From Vicinamibacterales bacterium (lineage in GTDB: Bacteria > Acidobacteriota > Vicinamibacteria > Vicinamibacterales > UBA8438), in contig OZ244051.1 in NCBI GenBank assembly GCA_965215105.1, positions 4,866,896 to 4,930,895 of the forward strand: a stretch of DNA of 64,000 nt, read 5' to 3'. The notes under the pieces are model-generated. The model was not told where the DNA came from and searched no databases. It was given only the letters and a program-made list of their open reading frames with translations. The translations under genes and the position numbers were made by a program. How positions within the stretch are numbered: position 1 is the first letter of the stretch; every line of letters begins with the position of its first letter. Positions 38,901-45,901 of the stretch are shown piece by piece.

Positions 38901-39520
38901 CGGATCGATCAGGCGTACCTCGCGGAAGCCGAACTCCTCGACGGCCGGCGTGAGCGTGCGGTCGAGGATGAACTCCTCCACGAACTCGGGCGTCTGGAGC
39001 AGCGCGTATTGCTTGCGGGCGCCCTCGGAGAGATCCTGGTAGAGGTCGCCCAGGAAGCGCGTGTCCAACGCGGAATCGGTGAAGTCGTGCCCGAGGGCGC
39101 CCGATTCGGGATCGATCCGCTGCCACAGACCGAGCAGCCGGGTCGCCGCGTCGCCGGAAAGGAGCTCGGGATCGACCGACCAGAGTGGATTGTGCTCCTC
39201 GTCGAAGAGCTGTCCGGCGACCGGGAGGGCCGCCACCGCGCGGAAGACGTGCAGCAGGTACTCGCGGTCGGTGTCGGTCGGGTGCGCGCGAAAATAGAGG
39301 TTGTGCTCGTCGAGCGCGCGGCGGCGCCGGTCGCCGGGGCCGGACAGGCGGGGCGGATCGACGAGGGCGTTGTCCTCGAGAAAACGCACGAAGACGCAGC
39401 CGAGGATCCAGGCGACGGCCACCTGCGTTAGACGCTCTTCGCGCCAGGAATCGTAGGTCTCCGCGGTGCGTTCTCGCTCGAACGCCCTCCGGTACTCGTC
39501 CTGCACGGATGATTCCAGGT
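35967..39520 (-). pseudogene. pglX: BREX adenine-specific DNA methyltransferase PglX, main 3' portion, severed from its 5' end by an IS
   Basis: VVGNPPYV (NPPY catalytic motif), LIDPACGSGHFL (SAM motif), about 1180 codons. The native reading frame continues at 40815-40807 on the other side of the IS. Confidence 0.88.
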
Positions 39521-40806
39521 CACTAGTGTCCCACACACCATCAAATAAAGGCGGCTTGAACCTTCCATGTCTGGTAGAATGATTGTTGACGCAAGTCATT
39601 CAAAAGACAGGAGATCCAAGCCGTGGCCCATCATAACACAGTCTTCGCGCAACTCCTCAGGTTCCTTCCGAGACATGAATTCGACGCCGAGGCGCGCGAG
39701 CACCAGTGCGGTCAGGGGCTGCGCGTCATGAGCCGCTGGGCGCAGTTCGTGGCCCTTGGCTTGGCGCAGTTGACGGGCCGACAGAGCCTGCGGGACATCG
39801 TGAGCAACCTCGGCGCCCAGGGGCGCAAGCTCTACCATCTCGGCGTGGGAACCGTCAGTCGCTCGTCGTTGGCGCGCGTCAATACCGAGCAGCCGTACAC
39901 CCTCTACGAAGCGCTGTTCGGACGCCTGTTGAGCCGCTGCCAGGAACGCGCGCCGAGGCACGGCTTTCGGTTCAAGAACAAGTTGTACTCCGTCGATGCG
40001 TCCACCATCGATCTGTGTCTGTCGGTCTTCCCGTGGGCGTCGTTTCGGCGCACGAAGGCGGCCGTCAAGCTGCACGTCGGACTGGATCACGGCGGCCATC
40101 TGCCGACTTTCGTCAGTGTGACCGACGGCAAGACCGCCGACGTCACGGCGGCCCGTATCTGGGAGTTTCCGGCCGGCAGCGTGGTCGTGGCGGACCGCGC
40201 GTATCTGGACTTCAAGTGGTTCCATCAGTTGCAGGCGCGGGGCGTGACCTTCGTGACGCGCCTGAAGCGGGGCGTGCGGTATCGGGTCACGGAAGCGCAC
40301 GCCGTCCGCCCCGGGACCGGGGTCATCAGCGACGAGACGATCGAGCTGACGAGCGCGCGTGGCCGCAAGGCATATGGTGAGCCGCTGCGGCGGGTGGTCT
40401 ACAAGGACCCGGAGACGAAGAACCGGTACGTGTTCGTGACCAACAACACGACGTGGGTGGCCAAGACGATTGCGGACATCTACAAATCGCGGTGGCAGAT
40501 CGAGCTGTTTTTCAAGTGGATCAAGCAACATCTGAAGGTGAAGCGGTTCGTGGGCCGGTCGAAGAACGCGGTCTTGACGCAGTTGTGGGTGGCGATGTGC
40601 ATGTACCTGGTGTTGGCGTATCTCAAGTTCCTCATGCGAGTGAGTTGGAGCCTTTACAAGATGCTGCAGGTGCTCCAGCTCAACCTGTTTGAACGTCGGC
40701 CACTCCTGGATCTTCTCACGACGCCGTCGCCACCGGGTTCTGGCCCTCCCGACCCCCAGTTGTCGTTGACGTGGGCCTAAAATCACCAAAATGTGGGACA
40801 CTAGTG
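39521..40806 (+). mobile_element. IS4-family insertion sequence, 1286 bp, 15-bp terminal inverted repeats, 9-bp target-site duplication
   Basis: IRL CACTAGTGTCCCACA (39521-39535) and IRR TGTGGGACACTAGTG (40792-40806). Direct ATTCCAGGT copies at 39512-39520 and 40807-40815. Confidence 0.92.
39623..40780 (+). CDS. IS4-family DDE transposase
   Basis: 385 aa, GTG start after aggag. SVDASTIDL, VVADRAY, and YKSRWQIELFFKWIK (the Y-2-R-3-E-6-K signature of IS4-type transposases). Confidence 0.9.
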   Translation: MAHHNTVFAQLLRFLPRHEFDAEAREHQCGQGLRVMSRWAQFVALGLAQLTGRQSLRDIVSNLGAQGRKLYHLGVGTVSRSSLARVNTEQPYTLYEALFGRLLSRCQERAPRHGFRFKNKLYSVDASTIDLCLSVFPWASFRRTKAAVKLHVGLDHGGHLPTFVSVTDGKTADVTAARIWEFPAGSVVVADRAYLDFKWFHQLQARGVTFVTRLKRGVRYRVTEAHAVRPGTGVISDETIELTSARGRKAYGEPLRRVVYKDPETKNRYVFVTNNTTWVAKTIADIYKSRWQIELFFKWIKQHLKVKRFVGRSKNAVLTQLWVAMCMYLVLAYLKFLMRVSWSLYKMLQVLQLNLFERRPLLDLLTTPSPPGSGPPDPQLSLTWA

Positions 40807-40999
40807 ATTCCAGGTCTGGACGTTCCCTGCAACGTTCTCGCAGGTCATCTTCGAGGTCCGCGCGCACACGCGTCAGCTCCGCGAGCAGACGCCCGGCGTC
40901 GATCACGAGTCGCCTCGCTCGTCGCCGCCGTCGTCCCGATTGCGACCCAAGTCGTTCCCGTGCGTGGTCTCCATGCGGGTGGGCATCGCCCGGTATCAC
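40807..40999 (-). pseudogene. pglX: PglX 5' fragment (first about 30-64 codons)
   Basis: ..VIDAGRLLAELTRVRADLEDDLRERCRERPDLE joins in frame to SSVQDEYRRAFERERTAETYDSW.. once the IS and one TSD copy are removed. Possible starts: GTG 40999 or GTG 40905. Confidence 0.75.
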
Positions 41000-41673
41000 C
41001 GCCGGGCAGGCTGTGCTACGCTGACTGTGGCTGCTGGGTGCATTCTACAAGACAGTCATGACGTTCGGGATCGAGCTCGACGGCGAGGACGATGGCCCCC
41101 TGGCTGGCTGCCGTACCGGATCCCTCGGGGATGATGCGCTGCCGCGAGACCCGGTGCCGACACGGTTGCTCGGGTCCAGGCCCCGGTGTTGGGCGTGATC
41201 GCGGAGCGGTTGAGGGCGGGAAACCGCGCTCGTGCTTCGGAACCGGTCGACGCGCTGTGAGTCGGCGAGGAAGGCGCAAGGTGTGCTCGAAGCCCTCGGC
41301 CCAATCGGGCGGGACGCTGGCCAGACGCCGCAACGCGTGGCGGGGCGGTTTCGTGTTGGCCTGCCGGAGTGATGACGATGTCACGGATCACGTCCGGGCC
41401 GACGCTGCCCGATCCGCCACCAGATCGACCAAAGCCCGACTCCGCTGGCAGATCGAGGCTGTGTACCGAATCGATGAAGCCCTTGGGGCCAGGACCAAGC
41501 GTTCATTGCGATCGTCGACGACGATCCAGGGCGGTGAAGCCCCGCCGGCTCGGTGACTTGGGGGCTCGCCGGCGCGGGTCACCGCACAGGCCACCGCATC
41601 GGTGGGGAAGTCGGCCGCACGAGGACACGTGTTCGGAGGAGCCGACAGGACCTTGATCCTGGATCGCATCCTG

Positions 41674-41687
41674 GTGTAAGCTTACAC
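41674..41687. promoter_or_regulatory. perfect 14-bp palindrome, candidate operator of the XRE repressor
   Basis: GTGTAAGCTTACAC lies 10 nt upstream of the XRE ATG and overlaps a possible -10 (TAAGCT), with TTGATC 18 nt upstream. Confidence 0.55.
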
Positions 41688-41696
41688 GAGACAGCC

Positions 41697-42035
41697 ATGA
41701 AGCCCTTCGGCATGTACGTTCGTGAACTTCGGGAAAAAAAGGACTTGTCGGTCAGGGAACTCGCCAAGAGGTTGCGGTTGTCAGCTCCCTTCCTGTCCGA
41801 CGTCGAGCTTGGACGACGACATCCGTCCGACCAAGTCCTGTCGAAGCTGGCACGTGAGCTTGACACGACAGTGGCGGAACTTCGGCGGCACGATGCACGG
41901 GCGCCGATTCCAGAGCTGCGGCGAATCGCAGCCAACAACCCGGTCATGGGTTTCGCGCTACGAAAAGTCGTCGAAGATGAAGTCGACCCGGCGGATCTGC
42001 TCCGCTACTTGCATGAACGGAAGGCGAAACGATGA
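41697..42035 (+). CDS. XRE-family helix-turn-helix transcriptional regulator (CapH-like)
   Basis: 112 aa. YVRELREKKDLSVRELAKRLRLSAPFLSDVELGRRHPS is a Cro/C1-type HTH. Confidence 0.85.
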   Translation: MKPFGMYVRELREKKDLSVRELAKRLRLSAPFLSDVELGRRHPSDQVLSKLARELDTTVAELRRHDARAPIPELRRIAANNPVMGFALRKVVEDEVDPADLLRYLHERKAKR

Positions 42036-42745
42036 GGAATCTCCGCGCGAACGCAGGTCCGTTCACCCAAAGACCGTTCTTTACCCGCAACGACTTCGAG
42101 CAGATTTGCGAGGACGAACTGAGGCAGAACGGCCTGCTGCCATCCGAGCCGGCTCCTGTCCGCATCGATCGCTTCGTGGAGAAACGCTTCAAGATCCAGC
42201 CGTCGTACGAAGACCTGCCCGGCGGTCTCTTGGGGTTCACCCGCTTCGGGTCCGGGGGAGTCGAAGAAATCGTGGTGTCCAGGGCTCTGGACGACGAGGG
42301 TACTGTCGTCGCGGAGCGACGCCTGAGGACCACACTCGCCCACGAGAGCGGCCACGGGCTGTTGCACGCTTCCCTCTTTGCGTTCGGTACACGACCCGAT
42401 TCGCTCTTCGGCGATGGCTTGGACGGTCACGCGCTGAAGATCCTCTGCCGCTCCGACGGGATCTCTGGCTCCGAGACGTCACGCCGAGAATCGTCGCGCC
42501 AATGGTGGGAGTACCAGGCGAATCAGGCGATGGGAGCGCTTCTCCTGCCCAGGCCACTGGTGCAGGCCGCGCTCGTTTCCGTCTTGGAACCTCGCGGCGT
42601 ACTTGGCACGCCCATCCTGCCCATCGATCGGCGCGAACCAGTTGCGCGACTCCTTGCCGACACGTTCGACGTGAATCCGGTTGTAGCTCGATTGCGGCTG
42701 GACGTTCTGTTCCCCGTAGCTGCGGCCGAACAGTTGACACTCTGA
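42032..42745 (+). CDS. ImmA/IrrE-family zinc metallopeptidase (CapP-like)
   Basis: 237 aa. HEXXH in TTLAHESGHGLLH, later EYQANQAMGALLLP. The start overlaps the XRE gene stop. Confidence 0.8.
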   Translation: MRNLRANAGPFTQRPFFTRNDFEQICEDELRQNGLLPSEPAPVRIDRFVEKRFKIQPSYEDLPGGLLGFTRFGSGGVEEIVVSRALDDEGTVVAERRLRTTLAHESGHGLLHASLFAFGTRPDSLFGDGLDGHALKILCRSDGISGSETSRRESSRQWWEYQANQAMGALLLPRPLVQAALVSVLEPRGVLGTPILPIDRREPVARLLADTFDVNPVVARLRLDVLFPVAAAEQLTL

Positions 42746-42762
42746 TTTTTTTTGCGTATAGT
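42734..42762 (+). promoter_or_regulatory. near-consensus sigma-70 promoter for the downstream Ubl/E1 operon
   Basis: TTGACA (42734-42739), 17-nt spacer containing T8, then TATAGT (42757-42762). An AT-rich island in a GC-rich genome, followed by AAGGAGGG and the ATG at 42807. Confidence 0.65.
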
Positions 42763-42806
42763 GTAAGCTCATGTTAGCTTTATATGCACGAAGGAGGGCG
42801 CGCTGA

Positions 42807-43007
42807 ATGAGCAAGAGCACAAGGACCGGACTCAGGCCGGGCATGAAGGCGCCCGTCTCCGGCCAGTACCGGGAAGTCGGACCGCGGGGAGGCTCTGGTC
42901 GTGAGGTGACAGTTGTCAAGGGTGAGTCCCTTCCTCCCAGCCGGCAGCCCGGCAGCAGCTACAGAGTCGTAGATCCCACCGACAACAAGTCTGGACGCTG
43001 GCGATGA
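42807..43007 (+). CDS. small basic Gly/Pro-rich protein, YjzC-like
   Basis: 66 aa. GMKAPVSGQYREVGPRGGSGREVTVVKGESLPP. Strong RBS. Confidence 0.6.
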   Translation: MSKSTRTGLRPGMKAPVSGQYREVGPRGGSGREVTVVKGESLPPSRQPGSSYRVVDPTDNKSGRWR

Positions 43008-43075
43008 GGAGGCTGCGCACTCCCCTGACGAGCACTGCTGACTGACTGCCATGACAACCATGGCGGCGAACACCG

Positions 43076-43390
43076 ATGGAGGATGAAATGCAACAGGTTC
43101 ATGAGCGTGACCGCGAACGCAACGACGACAAGCAGCGACGCGATCCGCACGACAAGGGGTTTTCGATCATCGTCAACGGGCGAGAAAAGACCGTCGAGGA
43201 TGAAGAGCTGACGTTCGATCGGGTGGTGGCTCTCGCATTCGACGCTCCGCCGACTGGTGAGTTCATCTGTTTCACTGTCACCTACAGGCGTGCAGGAGGC
43301 CGCAAGCCGGAGGGTACGCTGATCGAAGGCGGATCGGTGAAGGTGAGGAACGGAACGATCTTCAATGTCACCGTCACTGACAAATCGTAG
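43076..43390 (+). CDS. beta-grasp ubiquitin-like protein (single 'Multiubiquitin'-type domain) with charged N-terminal tail
   Basis: FSIIVNGREKTVEDEELTFDRVVALAFD....FTVTYRRAGGRKPEGTLIEGGSVKVRNGTIFNVTVTDKS. An alternative ATG at 43088 sits behind GGAGGA. Confidence 0.6.
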   Translation: MEDEMQQVHERDRERNDDKQRRDPHDKGFSIIVNGREKTVEDEELTFDRVVALAFDAPPTGEFICFTVTYRRAGGRKPEGTLIEGGSVKVRNGTIFNVTVTDKS

Positions 43391-44546
43391 CCCCGATCTG
43401 AAGAGGTTGTCGGATGACGGGTATGACGTCGACGTCGTGTCGGGTCATCTCGTCATCCGTGACGTACCCTACGTCAACGCCGCTCGGCACGTGAAGCAGG
43501 GCATCTTGGTCTCCACGTTGGACATGGCCGGCGACGTAACTATCCGGCCAACCACCCACGTGGTCATGTTCCGCGGCGAGTATCCCTGCGATTCCAACGG
43601 TCGGGAACTCGCGAAGATCCGATGCGGTAGCAAGCGGCAGGTAATCGCCGACGAACTGGTTATCGATCACTCCTTTTCCAGTAAACCTGTCAACGGCTAC
43701 GAGAATTACTTCGACAAGATGACGACCTACATCGCCATTATCTCAGGTCCCGCAGAAGCCATCGATCCAGGCACTACGGCGCGTCCGCGGCGGGTGTTGG
43801 AATCGAGCGTTCCGGACACCGTGTTCAAGTACGTCGACACCGCATCGAGCCGGGCGGGGATTACGGCGGTTTCCCGCAAACTTGAACTGCGCAGGATCGC
43901 GATCGTCGGTGTCGGAGGAACCGGCTCCTACATTCTGGACTTGGTTGCGAAGACTCCCGTGCGGGAGATTCACCTCTTCGACGGGGATGACTTTCTTCAA
44001 CATAACGCGTTCCGCTCCCCCGGCGCGCCATCTCTGGAGGAATTGAAAGCGATTCCGAAAAAGGTCCGGCGCCATGCCTCTCATTACGGCCTCATGCGAA
44101 CCGGCATCGTGGAGCACGACGCCAACCTCGATGCGTCCAACGTAGATGCCTTGGAGACCATGGACTTCGTGTTCATCTGTGTGGATCGCGGTGAGGCGAA
44201 GCGACCCGTTGTCGAGAAGCTGGAACAGTCCGGTATCCCGTTCATTGACGTTGGGATAGGTATAGAGCTGGTGGATGACCAGTTGCAGGGTGTCGTCCGG
44301 ATAACGGCGAGCACAACGGACAAACGTGAGCATGTGCGAGACAAGAAGCGGATCGGGTTGTCCGGTGGTGACGCGGATGGCGTGTATTCTCGCAATATCC
44401 AGATTGCCGAGTTGAATGCTTTGAACGCGGCGCTCGCGGTAATCAAATGGAAGAAGCTGTTCGGATTCTACCGAGACCTGGAAAACGAGTATTTCAGCGC
44501 ATACACGGTGGACGGCAATTCTATCGTCAATGAGGACTGCGCATGA
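43365..44546 (+). CDS. ThiF/E1-like adenylyltransferase with unassigned about 170-aa N-terminal domain
   Basis: RRIAIVGVGGTGSYILDLV (GxGxxG), HLFDGDDFLQHNAFR, and NIQIAELNALNAALAVIKWKK. Overlaps the upstream gene by 26 nt. Confidence 0.8.
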   Translation: MSPSLTNRSPDLKRLSDDGYDVDVVSGHLVIRDVPYVNAARHVKQGILVSTLDMAGDVTIRPTTHVVMFRGEYPCDSNGRELAKIRCGSKRQVIADELVIDHSFSSKPVNGYENYFDKMTTYIAIISGPAEAIDPGTTARPRRVLESSVPDTVFKYVDTASSRAGITAVSRKLELRRIAIVGVGGTGSYILDLVAKTPVREIHLFDGDDFLQHNAFRSPGAPSLEELKAIPKKVRRHASHYGLMRTGIVEHDANLDASNVDALETMDFVFICVDRGEAKRPVVEKLEQSGIPFIDVGIGIELVDDQLQGVVRITASTTDKREHVRDKKRIGLSGGDADGVYSRNIQIAELNALNAALAVIKWKKLFGFYRDLENEYFSAYTVDGNSIVNEDCA

Positions 44547-44986
44547 ATCAGCCGATGGTTTTGGCGCATGAATTTGTCAGGACCGTTCCGAACGAACTAG
44601 ATGAACGGACACTCTATGTGTCTATGGACTACGCCACGGTGGTGCACACGTGCTGCTGCGGGTGTGGTCGGGAGGTGGTGACGCCGCTGGGCCCTACGGA
44701 CTGGAAACTCATTTATGATGGCGTGTCGATTTCGCTGCATCCTTCGATTGGTAACTGGAGTTTCGAGTGCCGATCTCACTATTGGATCGAGAGGAGTGCC
44801 GTCATGTGGGCTGGTCGTTGGTCTAGAAAGCGAATTGCGGCCGGTCGGGCGCATGATCGGAGAGCAAAAGAGAGCCACTACGGTGGTGTGGGGATGAGTG
44901 CAAAAGGGGACAGAGTCGGGACCGACGCTGGACGGGGCGGGAGATTCTGGTCGTGGTTGTCACAGTTGTGGTCAAGGCGTGGCTGA
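44543..44986 (+). CDS. small Cys-rich protein, DUF6527-like; candidate non-canonical E2
   Basis: 147 aa. HTCCCGCGREVVTPL, LHPSIGNWSFECRSHYWI. ATGA overlap with the E1-like gene. Confidence 0.55.
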   Translation: MNQPMVLAHEFVRTVPNELDERTLYVSMDYATVVHTCCCGCGREVVTPLGPTDWKLIYDGVSISLHPSIGNWSFECRSHYWIERSAVMWAGRWSRKRIAAGRAHDRRAKESHYGGVGMSAKGDRVGTDAGRGGRFWSWLSQLWSRRG

Positions 44987-45350
44987 GCAACGCGCGGTAC
45001 CGCGCGATTCGGACGTGCTTGCGATGGAGCGTGTTCGGCCGGACGGTTTTTGGCATAAGGGACGACAACGGTGGTGCGGTGGCAGGGGTGCGGACCGACG
45101 TTGGGGGTCGGGCGGCCAATGAAGTTGAGTTGGTCTCTATGGGTGACACGACCAGCAGGTCGGTGTCCGGCGGGGCGACAAGTGAGGGTTGGCGGGCATC
45201 CGGTGGTTGATGCTGATTCTCTGAAAGGGTTCGGGGGGCGGACGGTCGCCCGGGTGGGTGTGGGCGTAGGGGCGAGTCTAGGCGGCACGGGGGGCGCCAG
45301 CGTTGTCCTGCGAGGCGGCGTGAATCGCCGACGAGCGCCCGTCATCTGGG

Positions 45351-45600
45351 CTAGAAGCGCAGCAGAGCAAGAGCGACGGCCAGCACTATTCCCGCGATCC
45401 AGTGATAGATCTTCAACTCGGTTTCGATCGCTGTGAGACGTTCCGCGGGCGGATCACGGCCGCGACGACGATCGCCTGATGCGGGACTCGCACGGCTTCG
45501 TCCGCCAGCCCCCCGTACAAGGCCGTCGTTCGCTCGGCGCTGCTTGTCCGGAAACCGCGGGTCGAACCGATGGACCAGGATGTTCGTGTCAACGAGGGCA
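45351..45600 (-). pseudogene. frameshifted, truncated PIN-domain (VapC-like) remnant
   Basis: One frame reads ALVDTNILVHRFDPRFPDKQRRA and a second frame continues ..LYGGLADEAVRVPHQAIVVAAVIRPR. No intact ORF. Confidence 0.4.
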
Positions 45601-45901
45601 GCCGCGATTGCAAGAATCCTCGCGCGACCACGCGCGGTTGCCGGGCGCCGGCGTGACCTCGACATTCCTGCTGGCGACGGCGCTGGCGGTCCGTCGCTTG
45701 GTTGTGAACAGGCAAAGTCGTGCTGGGTTCCAGCCCGACCAAGCCCCGACGCGGACATCGTCGGTCGCTCACGGTCGAGATCGCGGTCGCACAAGCTGTC
45801 AGAAAACGCGTCAAAAAACATCTTGTTGACAGTCAAGTGCTTTATGTACAATGCTTTACGTCGCCATTAGCGGCGTCAGAAAACATGTCAAGGTGGACGT
45901 C

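Noticed and set aside
39596-40999. 467-aa minus-strand ORF running antisense through the whole IS transposase.
   Set aside because: Only its first about 64 codons (40999-40807) are meaningful, as the PglX N-terminus. The rest is read-through into the antisense strand of the IS and shows no protein-like features.
41735-41750. The A7 run (gggaaaaaaagg) inside the XRE regulator gene as a slippage switch.
   Set aside because: It encodes Glu-Lys-Lys in a normal HTH N-terminal context. It is short, and there is no evidence of length variation from a single sequence.
44987-45350. Possible additional gene (for example a JAB/deubiquitinase) downstream of the E2-like gene, and the 16-nt palindrome CGCGCGGTACCGCGCG at about 44991-45006 as a terminator.
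   Set aside because: No frame gives a protein-like translation or a JAB (HxH...S..D) motif. The palindrome has no loop or U-tract, so calling it a terminator is not justified.
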